From assembly GCF_900289195.1 (NCBI RefSeq), contig NZ_OMOH01000002.1:211206-243205 (forward strand): DNA of 32,000 nt, read 5' to 3'. The notes under the pieces are model-generated. The model was not told where the DNA came from. It searched no databases and was given only the letters and a program-made list of their open reading frames with translations. Each line of letters begins with the position of its first letter. The first letter of the stretch is position 1. The translations under genes were made by a program, and so were the position numbers. This stretch comes from Propionibacterium ruminifibrarum (GTDB lineage: Bacteria > Actinomycetota > Actinomycetes > Propionibacteriales > Propionibacteriaceae). This document shows positions 23,348 through 31,973 of this stretch, piece by piece.

Positions 23348-24645
23348 CAGGACTCCTTCAGCTGTTCGATGATCGAGTCGGCGGCGCGCACGGCGCTGGC
23401 CAGGGCGATGCCCTCGCCGGACTTCTCGTCCCAGCGCTGTGCACCGGCGAGGAAGCCGCCGGCCGCGTAGAGGTTCTCGTGGACGGGTTCGCCGGTGGCC
23501 GGTTCGACGACGCGCATCGTGCAGTCGGTGGCGACGCCGGTCCGGAAGATCGGCTGCTCGCCCGCCCAGCTGTCGTTGAGGAGCTCTGCGTCCGGTACCG
23601 CCAGGGGCAGCCCGAGCGCGGGCTCGTGCAGGCGCCCGTACGAGTCGAGCTCGATGGCGCCGGACTCGAACCCGCCGGGGGCGAGCAGGACGTAACGGGC
23701 CTCCAGGTCCGTCTCGTGCCCGGCCGTGCCGAGCCGCAGGGACCTGATCCGCCCCAGGCCGGTCTCGGCGCCGATGACGCGCGAACCGAGGATCATCTCG
23801 ACCCGGTACGCCCTCGCCAGGTCGGTGAGTCTGTCGGTCAGGCGCATGCCCGCCACGCCCGGCGGCGGCAGCGGGATCTCGAAGACGGGCCTGCCGAGCC
23901 CGTCGGCGATTGCCGTGAAGGTCTCGTCGGTCAGGCCCAGGACGTTCGGGACGGCGATGGTCTCACCGCGGCGCGCGAGCCTGCCCAGCGCCGCCACGAA
24001 GTCCCGACGGCGCTCGGGGCGGTCGAGGGCACGGGCGATGGCGACGGCGTTCGAATCGGCCTCCGTTCCCCTGCCGGGGAAGCTGACCGATGCGGAGCGG
24101 GTCTCCAGGCGGCCTCCCCCGGGCAGCTCGATGGTCGCCAGGTTCTGGGCGACGAGCTGGCAGGAGAAGTCCTTGAGTTGCTCGATGCCGACGACCACGA
24201 CCCGGCTGCCGTCGTGCAGCGCACCTGGGTCGGACGGGTCGAGACTCACCGTGCCGGCGGCCATGGAGGCCGGGTACAGGGTGGTGGGGCGCAGCCCGCC
24301 GAGAGCGGTCGGCAGCAGCACGTTCGTCTCGATGTCGCCAGCCATGGCCTCACCGACGAGTTCGCGCAGGAAACCAACGCCGACCCGGACGGGTTCGACG
24401 CCCAGCAGGTTGTACGGATGGGTGGGGCCGCCGCGGCGCTCCTCGAGTGCGCAGAACTCGCCCAGTTCGGTGAGCGGGTGCGCGACCAGGCTGGGCCGGT
24501 AGCCGAGCACGTCGATCGTGCCCTGCCCGAGCTGCAGGCCGCCGCGGCCCATGTGAACGAGCGTGGTGTGCAGGCCGGCGCGGCGCAGGCGCAGGGCGGC
24601 GACCAGGCCGGCCAGTCCGCCGCCGACGACAATGACGTCTCTCAT
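23347..24645 (-). CDS. glpB: anaerobic glycerol-3-phosphate dehydrogenase subunit B
   Basis: ATG 24645 lies inside ORF 23347..24834 and is ATGA-coupled to the glpA stop. The N-terminus 'MRDVIVVGGGLAGLVAALRLRRAGL' is an FAD dinucleotide fold, and the protein is collinear with E. coli GlpB. Confidence 0.85.
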   Translation of the reverse strand: MRDVIVVGGGLAGLVAALRLRRAGLHTTLVHMGRGGLQLGQGTIDVLGYRPSLVAHPLTELGEFCALEERRGGPTHPYNLLGVEPVRVGVGFLRELVGEAMAGDIETNVLLPTALGGLRPTTLYPASMAAGTVSLDPSDPGALHDGSRVVVVGIEQLKDFSCQLVAQNLATIELPGGGRLETRSASVSFPGRGTEADSNAVAIARALDRPERRRDFVAALGRLARRGETIAVPNVLGLTDETFTAIADGLGRPVFEIPLPPPGVAGMRLTDRLTDLARAYRVEMILGSRVIGAETGLGRIRSLRLGTAGHETDLEARYVLLAPGGFESGAIELDSYGRLHEPALGLPLAVPDAELLNDSWAGEQPIFRTGVATDCTMRVVEPATGEPVHENLYAAGGFLAGAQRWDEKSGEGIALASAVRAADSIIEQLKES

Positions 24646-26297
24646 GCCGGAACCTCCTGCCCGCCGATCACGGCCCGGGCACGGGCCCGGTCGCGTTCGT
24701 CGATCTCGGTGCCCACCGGGTACGGCTCGATGGGGTCGGTCTGGCCCGGGGCGTGGTCGATGTCGAGGGTGCCACGGGCGATCCACTCGTCGAGGGCGGC
24801 CTGACGCAGCTGGCCGCCGGCCAGGATCGGCCACAGCCCTATCCAGCGGTGCTTGAGGAAGCCCCGCAGCTCATCGGTGGCCTGCACGCTGCTGCGGGCA
24901 CCGGCGGCGCACATGAGGCCGGCGGCCCGGGTCGAGCAGAAACCTCCCTGGCAGGGGCCCATGCCGAGGCGAAGCCGGCGGCGCAGGTCATCGAGCGTGG
25001 CCGAGGGGTCCTCCTCGAGGAGGTCGAGGAACATCGACTTGCTCATGAGTTCGCACTCGCAGATGATCTGGTCGTCACGCCGGTCCTTCTCCCGGTCCGC
25101 CAGCCGGTGCGTCACGGTGTAGGTCGGGGCGCCCTCGGCCGCCGGGACGGGCTCGTCGGCGGTCCGGCAGGGCCGGTCCTCGCCCATCTGCTCGCACATG
25201 ATGTCGACGATGCGTTCGGCCATGAGGCGGTAGGTGGTGAGTTTGCCGCCGGTGATGGTGAGCATGCCCGCCAGGCCGTCGCGGCTCGCATGATCGAGCA
25301 CCGACATGCCGCGGCTCATGTGGCGCGTGTCGGAGGCCGAGACGCGGGTGTCCTTGACCAGGGGCCGGGCCCCTGCCCAGGCGTGCACGGCGCGGGCCCG
25401 GCGGAAGCCCGGCACGAGCGCCTCGCCGGCGTCGAGCATCTGCTGCACCTCGGCGCGCGGGATCGGCAGCTTGTCGGGATCAGCGGCCTTCACGTCGGTC
25501 GTGCCGATGATGGCCACCGTGTGCACCGGGACGAGGATGTCGCCGTCCGCGGGTTTGATACAGCGGTTGATGACGGTGTTCACCAGGCGATGGTTCATCG
25601 CGATCATGATGCCGCGGCCCGGTACGACGTCGACGTCCTCGCAGCCGGCCAGGGCGGCGACGCGCCCCGCCCAGGGGCCGGCGGCGTTCATGACGAAACG
25701 GCAGGTGATCCGCTTGTCCGCGCCCGCCTTGACGTCGCGGACCGTGACGCCGACGACTCGGTCCCCGTCACGGTGGATGGCGGTGACCTCGTGGTAGGGC
25801 AGGATGTGGGCGCCGTAGGCGCGGGCCGACTCGGCCGCACCCCGCACCATCGCCCAGCCGTCGACGGTGCCGTCGAGCACCGCGAAGGCCCGTTTGATAC
25901 CGGGATTGAGGCGGGGCTCGCGCGCCAGGGCCTGCGCGACGGTGATCTCCTCGGCCGGCACCTGGGCGCTCGCCGCTGCGGCGAGGAAGCCATCGGCGTA
26001 CTCCTCGGAATCGTCCGGGGTGACGACGAACAGGCCGCCCGTCTGCTCGACCGCGTTCGCGTGGATCCGGGTGACGATCCTGTTCTCCTCAGCGCATTCG
26101 CGCGCCGACTCGGGGTCGGAGACCACGTAGCGTCCCCCGGAGTGGAGCAGGCCGTGGTACCGGGCGGTGGTGCCCTGGGCCAGGTCGGCCCGGTCCACGA
26201 GGGCCACGCTCAGCCCCCGCATCGCGACGTCACGGGCGACACCGGCGCCGGTCGCGCCGCCGCCGATGACGACGACGTCGACGGTCAGGTCAGCCAT
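24642..26297 (-). CDS. glpA: anaerobic glycerol-3-phosphate dehydrogenase subunit A
   Basis: ATG 26297 lies inside ORF 24642..26546 and is preceded by GGAGGT. Contains 'VDVVVIGGGATGAGVARDVAMRGL...ARYHGLLHSGGRY' and a C-terminal BFD-like 2Fe-2S segment ('ICECE...CQGGFC'). Confidence 0.92.
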   Translation of the reverse strand: MADLTVDVVVIGGGATGAGVARDVAMRGLSVALVDRADLAQGTTARYHGLLHSGGRYVVSDPESARECAEENRIVTRIHANAVEQTGGLFVVTPDDSEEYADGFLAAAASAQVPAEEITVAQALAREPRLNPGIKRAFAVLDGTVDGWAMVRGAAESARAYGAHILPYHEVTAIHRDGDRVVGVTVRDVKAGADKRITCRFVMNAAGPWAGRVAALAGCEDVDVVPGRGIMIAMNHRLVNTVINRCIKPADGDILVPVHTVAIIGTTDVKAADPDKLPIPRAEVQQMLDAGEALVPGFRRARAVHAWAGARPLVKDTRVSASDTRHMSRGMSVLDHASRDGLAGMLTITGGKLTTYRLMAERIVDIMCEQMGEDRPCRTADEPVPAAEGAPTYTVTHRLADREKDRRDDQIICECELMSKSMFLDLLEEDPSATLDDLRRRLRLGMGPCQGGFCSTRAAGLMCAAGARSSVQATDELRGFLKHRWIGLWPILAGGQLRQAALDEWIARGTLDIDHAPGQTDPIEPYPVGTEIDERDRARARAVIGGQEVPA

Positions 26298-26512
26298 ACG
26301 AACCTCCAAGCAGCTTCGGTTGGCACGGTCTATGCACGTCAGGTTAGGCCGTCGGCTCCCCCGGCCCCACACCGGCCGCCCCTTTGTGCACGCGAACGGT
26401 CCGTAATTGCACCGATGCGCAGCTGCGGGCCGCCGCCCTCCCGGGCGCCTCGGGCCCGGTCCGCTGGGCAGATGCCCTGGGCGGCCGGGCCGGTTCCTGG
26501 GACAATGGGCGG

Positions 26513-27430
26513 GTGACACAACCCCATGACACCGGTGGCAGCGCACCGACCAGCAATGTGACCGACACCGCGCTGATCTTCGAGGGCGGCGGCATGCGGG
26601 CCAGTTACACCAGCGCGATGGTCGCCGAGATGATTCGCGGGGAGATCTTCGTCGACTGGGTCGCCGGCATCTCGGCGGGCTCCAGCAATACGGCGAACTA
26701 CCTGTCGCGCGACGCGGCCAGGGCCCGGGCGAGTTTCGTCGATCTGGTGGGCGACCCGCAGTTCGGCGGGTTCGGCACCCTCGTGCGGGGCAAGGGCTGG
26801 TTCAATGCCGAGTACATCTACCAGCGCACCGGCGGGCCGGGGCAGGCGCTGCCCTTCGACTTCTCGACCTACCGCACCAATCCGGCCCGGCCGAACTTCG
26901 GTGCGTTCCGTTGCGACACCGGCGAACAGGTCTGGTTCACCAAGGCCGACACGCCCACCATGGATGACCTGATGGTGCGGGTGCGGGCCTCCTCGACGAT
27001 GCCCGGGCTCATGCCGACCGTCACGATCGGGGGTCTCGACTACGTCGATGGCGCGCTCGGCCCCGATGGCGGCATCGGACTCGACAGGGCCCAGGCGGCT
27101 GGTTTCGACAAGTTCCTGGTGGTCCTCACCCGGGACCGCGGCTATGTCAAACCGGCCCCGAGCCGTTCCCAGGCCGCGCTCTACCGGGTCCTGTTTCGCA
27201 GGTATCCGGCAGTGATCGACGCCCTCATGCATCGCCACGAGGGGTACAACGCGACCCGCGAGGAGCTGTTCGAACTGGAGGCCGCCGGCAGGGCCTACCT
27301 GTTCGTCCCCGACATCATGCCGGTCGAGAACGGCGAACGCGACACGGCCAAGCTGGCCGCCAGCCATGCGGCGGGTCTGGAGCAGGCCCGCCGTGAGCTG
27401 CCCGCGATCAGGGAGTTCCTTGGGCTGTGA
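26513..27430 (+). CDS. patatin-like phospholipase
   Basis: 'LIFEGGGMRASY' is the oxyanion Gly-rich motif, 'GISAGS' is GxSxG and 'YVDGALG' supplies the catalytic Asp. The preferred start is GTG 26513. The ORF track start at 26384 would leave only 87 nt to the divergent glpA and adds a non-homologous-looking extension. Confidence 0.75.
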   Translation: MTQPHDTGGSAPTSNVTDTALIFEGGGMRASYTSAMVAEMIRGEIFVDWVAGISAGSSNTANYLSRDAARARASFVDLVGDPQFGGFGTLVRGKGWFNAEYIYQRTGGPGQALPFDFSTYRTNPARPNFGAFRCDTGEQVWFTKADTPTMDDLMVRVRASSTMPGLMPTVTIGGLDYVDGALGPDGGIGLDRAQAAGFDKFLVVLTRDRGYVKPAPSRSQAALYRVLFRRYPAVIDALMHRHEGYNATREELFELEAAGRAYLFVPDIMPVENGERDTAKLAASHAAGLEQARRELPAIREFLGL

Positions 27431-27508
27431 GCCGCACCCCGGCGCCCGGGCGACGACACAGAAGGGCCGGCGCCGCCATGGCGCGTGGGTGGTGCCCCTG
27501 AGACGGCC

Positions 27509-27541
27509 GCAGGGGCCGGGAACTGTCGTCCCGGCCCCTGC
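27509..27541. terminator. bidirectional 13-bp perfect GC hairpin between the convergent patatin gene and nrdJ
   Basis: GCAGGGGCCGGGA (27509-27521) pairs with TCCCGGCCCCTGC (27529-27541) across a 7-nt loop. Confidence 0.55.
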
Positions 27542-27567
27542 CGCGATGCCTCTCCCCCGGGTCGGCG

Positions 27568-30453
27568 TCAGCTGCAGCCGCTGGTCGACCCGCAGCCCTC
27601 GCAGACATAGCAGGAGCCACTGGGACGCATCTTCGTGCCGCAGGTCATGCACAGCGGCGCGTCGAACGCGGTACCCGTGATCTTCTCCATCATCTCCGTC
27701 GTGGTGTGCGGAGCAGCGGGCTCGGCACCGGGGCGGGCGGGAGAAGGCGGGTCGATGAGGCTGGGCTGGCGGGCACCGCCGGTGTCCACCTTGATGTCGT
27801 CTCCGGCGTCGTTCTTGAGCTGCTCACTCTCGGGCAGCTCGGCCTCCTCCTCCTCGGACAGGTAGGAACCGGTCTCGACGTAGTGGGCGCGCTCGGCCGC
27901 GGTGTAGATGCCGAGCTCGGCCCGTTCGTCGAAGTCGAGGTAGTCCAGGGCCAGGCGGCGGAAGACGTAGTCGAGGATCGACTGGGCGATGCGCACATCC
28001 GGGTCGTCGGTCATGCCGGCGGGCTCGAACTTCAGGTTGGTGAACTTCTGGACGAAGCTCTCGAGCGGCACGCCGTACTGCAGCCCGATCGAGACGGCGA
28101 TGGAGAAGGCGTCCATGACGCCGGCCAGCGTGGAGCCCTGCTTGCCGAGCTTGAGGAAGATCTCACCCAGTTTGCCGTTCTCGTACGCACCAGTGGTGAT
28201 GTAGCCCTCGGCGCCGGCCACCGAGAAGCTGGTGGTGCGCCCGGCACGGCTCTTGGGCAGGCGCCGGCGGCGCGGACGGTACTCGACACGGACCTCCGGT
28301 TTGGGGGCCTCGGCCTCGGTCTTCTTGTTGTCGTCCTTGCCCTCGGAGCCGGCGCTCAGCGGCTGACCGACCTTGCAGTTGTCGCGGTAGACGGCCAGCG
28401 CCTTCAGGCCGAGCTTCCAGCCCTGCATGTAGACGTCCGCGATGTCCTCGACGGTGGCGCTCTCGGGCATGTTGACGGTCTTGGAGATGGCGCCCGAGAT
28501 GAAGGGCTGGACGGCCGCCATCATCCGCACATGGCCCATCGGCTCGATCGCGCGGACACCCATGGCGGTGTCGAAGACCTCGTAGTGCTCCTGGGCCAGG
28601 CCCGGGGCCCCCACGACGTTGCCGTTGTCGGCGACATAGTCGACGATCTCGTCGATGGCCGCCTCGTCGTAGCCGAGGTTCTTCAGGGCGCGGGACACGG
28701 TGCCGTTGACGATCTGCATCGAGGAGCCCCCGACGAGCTTCTTGAACTTGACCAGCGAGAAGTCCGGCTCGATGCCGGTGGTGTCGCAGTCCATCATGAA
28801 GCCGATGGTGCCGGTCGGGGCCAGCACCGAGGCCTGGGCGTTGCGGTAACCGTCCTTGGCACCCAGTTCGGCGGCAGCGGCCCACTGGGCGGCAGCGGCC
28901 TCGTGGATCTCGCCGTCGAGCGCGGTGAGCGGACGGATCCGGTCGTTGGCCGCGCTGTGCTTGGCGATGACACCCAGGTGGGCCTCGGCGTTGGGCGCGT
29001 AGCCGTTGTAGGGGCCGACGACGGCCGCCAGCTCGGCGCTGCGCCGGTAGGCTGCGCCGGTCATCAGGGAGGTGACGGCGGCGGCCAGGGTGCGGCCGCC
29101 CTCGGAGTCGTATCCCTTGCCGAGCGCCATGAGCAGGGCGCCGAGGTTGGCGTAGCCGATGCCCAGCTGTCGGTAGTTGCGGGTCGTCTCGGCGATCGCC
29201 TCGGTCGGGAAGTCGGCGAAGCAGATCGAGATGTCCATGGCGGTGATGATCAGTTCGACGGCCCTGGTGAACAGCTCGGTGTCGAAGGTGTCGTCGGCGC
29301 GCAGGAACTTGAGCAGGTTGAGGCTGGCCAGGTTGCACGAGGAGTTGTCCAGGCTCATGTACTCCGAGCAGGGGTTCGACGCGTTGATCCGCCCCGAGAC
29401 CGGGTCGGTGTGCCAGGCGTTGATCGTGTCGTCGTACTGGATACCGGGGTCGGCGCACTCCCAGGCGGCCTGGGCGATCTTGCCGAAGAGCTCGCGGGCG
29501 TCGACCTGCTCGACGATCTCGCCGGTGGTGCGTGCGCGCAGCCCGAACGTCGTACCGGCCTCGACGGCCCTCATGAACGCGTCGGAGACGCGCACCGAGT
29601 TGTTGGCGTTCTGGTACTGCACCGAGGTGATGTCGGCGCCGCCCAGGTCCATGTCGAAGCCCGCGTCGCGCAGGGCACGGATCTTGTCCTCCTCGCGGGC
29701 CTTGGTCTCGATGAACTCCTCGATGTCGGGATGGTCGACGTCGAGGACGACCATCTTGGCCGCGCGCCGGGTGGCGCCGCCGGACTTGATGGTGCCGGCC
29801 GAGGCGTCGGCGCCGCGCATGAAGCTGACCGGGCCGGACGCGGTGCCGCCGCTGGAGCGCAGGAGCTCCTTCGACGAACGGATCCGCGAGAGGTTCAGGC
29901 CGGCACCGGAGCCGCCCTTGAAGATCATGCCCTCCTCGCGGTACCAGTTCAGGATGGACTCCATGGAGTCGTCGACGGAGAGGATGAAGCAGGCGCTGAC
30001 CTGCTGCGGGCTCGCGGTTCCGACGTTGAACCACACCGGGGAGTTGAAGGAGAAGTACTGGTGCAGGAGCAACCAGGTGAGCTCCTCGCCGAAGACCTGG
30101 GCGTCCTCGTCGGAGGCGAAGTAACCCTCGTCCAGACCGACCCGGGTGTAGGTGTTCACCACGCGATCGATGAGTTGACGCAGGCTCGACTCGCGCTTGT
30201 CGGTGCCGACGGCACCGCGGAAGTACTTGGTGGTGACGATGGTGGAGGCGTTGACGCTCCAGAAGTCGGGGAACTCGACGTCCTTCTGCTGGAAGACCGT
30301 CTCGCCGGTCTTCCAGTTGGTCTGCACCACGTCACGACGCTGCCAGGTGACCTCGTCGTAGGGATGCACGCCGGCGGTACTGAAGGTGCGCTCAACCGTG
30401 AGACCCGCGGACCTCTTGTCGTCGGCCTTGGTCGTGGCCACAGTCTGTGTCAT
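27568..30453 (-). CDS. nrdJ: class II (adenosylcobalamin-dependent) ribonucleotide reductase
   Basis: ATG 30453 (MTQTVATT...) lies inside ORF 27568..30699. Contains 'VERTFSTAGVHPYDEVTW', 'TTKYFRG', 'FNSPVWFNVG', 'ACFILSV', 'NPCSEY' and 'GGTASGPVSFM'. The C-terminus is a Cys-rich zinc-ribbon tail, 'CMTCGTKMRPSGSCYVCEGCGSTSGCS'. Confidence 0.93.
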   Translation of the reverse strand: MTQTVATTKADDKRSAGLTVERTFSTAGVHPYDEVTWQRRDVVQTNWKTGETVFQQKDVEFPDFWSVNASTIVTTKYFRGAVGTDKRESSLRQLIDRVVNTYTRVGLDEGYFASDEDAQVFGEELTWLLLHQYFSFNSPVWFNVGTASPQQVSACFILSVDDSMESILNWYREEGMIFKGGSGAGLNLSRIRSSKELLRSSGGTASGPVSFMRGADASAGTIKSGGATRRAAKMVVLDVDHPDIEEFIETKAREEDKIRALRDAGFDMDLGGADITSVQYQNANNSVRVSDAFMRAVEAGTTFGLRARTTGEIVEQVDARELFGKIAQAAWECADPGIQYDDTINAWHTDPVSGRINASNPCSEYMSLDNSSCNLASLNLLKFLRADDTFDTELFTRAVELIITAMDISICFADFPTEAIAETTRNYRQLGIGYANLGALLMALGKGYDSEGGRTLAAAVTSLMTGAAYRRSAELAAVVGPYNGYAPNAEAHLGVIAKHSAANDRIRPLTALDGEIHEAAAAQWAAAAELGAKDGYRNAQASVLAPTGTIGFMMDCDTTGIEPDFSLVKFKKLVGGSSMQIVNGTVSRALKNLGYDEAAIDEIVDYVADNGNVVGAPGLAQEHYEVFDTAMGVRAIEPMGHVRMMAAVQPFISGAISKTVNMPESATVEDIADVYMQGWKLGLKALAVYRDNCKVGQPLSAGSEGKDDNKKTEAEAPKPEVRVEYRPRRRRLPKSRAGRTTSFSVAGAEGYITTGAYENGKLGEIFLKLGKQGSTLAGVMDAFSIAVSIGLQYGVPLESFVQKFTNLKFEPAGMTDDPDVRIAQSILDYVFRRLALDYLDFDERAELGIYTAAERAHYVETGSYLSEEEEAELPESEQLKNDAGDDIKVDTGGARQPSLIDPPSPARPGAEPAAPHTTTEMMEKITGTAFDAPLCMTCGTKMRPSGSCYVCEGCGSTSGCS

Positions 30454-30583
30454 CGTTCCCTCTCCGTATGGGTTCTCGGGCGATCCGCGCCCGACATGGT
30501 TGTGCTTCACACGTATGTATTCGGTTGTCGTGGCGGAAGGGCGCAGGGGACCTCCGCGGACGGAGTCCCGGTGCGCGTGAGCC

Positions 30584-31054
30584 TCAGCTGCCGGCCGTCT
30601 GCCGCTCCTGCTCGGCGGCCTGCAGCTTGGCGATCTCGGCCAGGAAGTCTTCCACGCACTGGAAGTGCTGGTAGACGCTGGCGAACCGCAGATAGGCAAC
30701 GGGGTCGAGCTCGCTCAACGGCCCGAGAATGGCCACACCCACCTGGTCGGAGGGGATCTCGGCCATGCCGCTGGCCCGCAGCGACTCCTCGACCTGCTGG
30801 CCGAGCCGGGCCAGCTGGGCCTCGGTGACGGGCCTGCCCTTGCAGGCCTTGCGCACCCCGCTGATCACCTTGTCCCGGGTGAAGGGTTCGACGACCCCGG
30901 ACTTCTTCACGACCACGAGCTGCATCCGCTCGATGGTGGTGAAACGCCGCTCACAGGCCAGGCACTGGCGGCGCCGGCGGATGCTCGCACCGCCCTCGGC
31001 GACCCGCGAGTCGAGGACGCGGGAGTCACAGGTGTGGCAGTAGGGACAACGCAT
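30584..31054 (-). CDS. nrdR: transcriptional repressor NrdR
   Basis: ATG 31054 is preceded by AAGGAG. '[42 protein letters not shown]' is the zinc ribbon. An ATP-cone follows ('[28 protein letters not shown]...YLRFASVY'). Confidence 0.95.
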   Translation of the reverse strand: MRCPYCHTCDSRVLDSRVAEGGASIRRRRQCLACERRFTTIERMQLVVVKKSGVVEPFTRDKVISGVRKACKGRPVTEAQLARLGQQVEESLRASGMAEIPSDQVGVAILGPLSELDPVAYLRFASVYQHFQCVEDFLAEIAKLQAAEQERQTAGS

Positions 31055-31125
31055 ACTGCTCGACTCCTTCGACCACTCGAACCCGCCTGTCACGCCCGCA
31101 AGACTTCGTGGCCACCCGATGGGGC

Positions 31126-31198
31126 CCTGTGGGCACCCTGTGGACAAGAACCACAACCTGTGGACGAACAACAGGCGTGTAACTACTAGATGTAGGTA
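31126..31198 (-). promoter_or_regulatory. nrdR upstream repeat cluster: three same-orientation CCTGTGG repeats (DnaA-box-like) and two NrdR-box-like 16-mers
   Basis: CCTGTGG occurs at 31126-31132, 31137-31143 and 31157-31163. The 9-mer 31139-31147, TGTGGACAA, is the exact complement of TTGTCCACA. The candidate NrdR boxes are 31151-31166 (ccacaacctgtggacg) and 31183-31198 (ctactagatgtaggta), centred 32 bp apart. The second has a core CTAGATGTAG, matching the consensus core CwAtATaTwG at 8 of 10 positions. Confidence 0.35.
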
Positions 31199-31409
31199 CA
31201 CAGTACACCGTATGACCCAACGACAAGACCGACGCGCCCCGGCGGGTCCACACGGCCTTCTCACCGGGACTTCCCACCAGGTGGCCGCCACCACGGACCG
31301 GCCCGCCCCGCAGCGCCGCCGATCAGCACCGATCAGCGCTGAGGAGTCCAGCCGGGAACAGTACACCGGGCAACGCGTCCGGCGCACGGCGCCACTGCGG
31401 CGCGACGAA

Positions 31410-31973
31410 TCAGCGTCCCCGATCGACCTGGACGACGGCAGGGCCCTGCCCGACCGGTTCGTCCGGGATCGAGAGGAAGGAGTGCACCACTCCCCCAAGA
31501 CCCAGCACCAGCACGGCGACGAAGGAGGTCACGACGGCTGCCATGCCACGCTCGGTCAGGCGCCAGCCCCCGCTGCTCCGTGGCGGTTCGTCGCGCCGCG
31601 GCCGCGGCACGGCAGGGGGGACGCTCATGACGGGGGGCACGGCGACACAGGCGGCGGCCAGCAACTCGGCGCTGAGCACCTGGACGTGTTCGGCGTCATC
31701 GACCGGGTCGTCCCCCTGCACCGGCCCCGGCGATGACTCCAGGGGCAGCCGGCACGAACGGACACCCGCCCCCGGGCCGATCGGGATGAGCGAGGCCCCG
31801 GCAAGGCCGTGGCGAGCGGCCGGGGAGACGGGCTGCGCCGGGCGTGCGGGAACGACGGGCTGTGCCGGACGGCCGACCGGAACGGGCGAGCCGCCGCGTA
31901 TCACGGGCCTGGCCCCGGCGGCGGACCCCTGCGCGACGTCGGTGATCCGGCCGTGCTGGTCGAGCTGATCCAT
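31410..31973 (-). CDS. proline-rich hypothetical protein with one C-terminal TM helix
   Basis: ATG 31973 has a strong AGGAGG 5 nt upstream (31979-31984). Contains the repeat '[15 protein letters not shown]' and the TM '[20 protein letters not shown]'. Only about 25 aa follow the TM. No recognisable domain was found. Confidence 0.45.
   Translation of the reverse strand: MDQLDQHGRITDVAQGSAAGARPVIRGGSPVPVGRPAQPVVPARPAQPVSPAARHGLAGASLIPIGPGAGVRSCRLPLESSPGPVQGDDPVDDAEHVQVLSAELLAAACVAVPPVMSVPPAVPRPRRDEPPRSSGGWRLTERGMAAVVTSFVAVLVLGLGGVVHSFLSIPDEPVGQGPAVVQVDRGR

Noticed and set aside
24646-26546. N-terminal extensions of the glpB (to 24834) and glpA (to 26546) ORFs
   Set aside because: The FAD-binding N-termini start at ATG 24645 and ATG 26297, the latter with a GGAGGT SD. 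The extensions are Arg/Pro-rich and overlap neighbouring features.
27706-30828. 1040-aa ORF on the + strand
   Set aside because: It lies exactly antisense to nrdJ. Its translation is Gly/Ala/Arg/Asp/Val-rich, with no motifs. This is the shadow ORF expected when a high-GC gene has G/C at third codon positions. nrdJ on the other strand carries unmistakable RNR motifs.
31319-31337. Tandem direct repeat CCGATCAGC-A-CCGATCAGC
   Set aside because: It is real in the sequence but consists of only two 9-bp copies. It is most simply a slippage duplication in non-coding or decaying sequence, and no function can be supported.
31055-31498. Upstream extension of the nrdR ORF (ORF track 30584..31498); likewise nrdJ 30454..30699
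   Set aside because: The NrdR zinc ribbon begins at ATG 31054, with AAGGAG upstream. nrdJ homology begins at ATG 30453. The extensions have no homology-like features and would run through the regulatory repeats.
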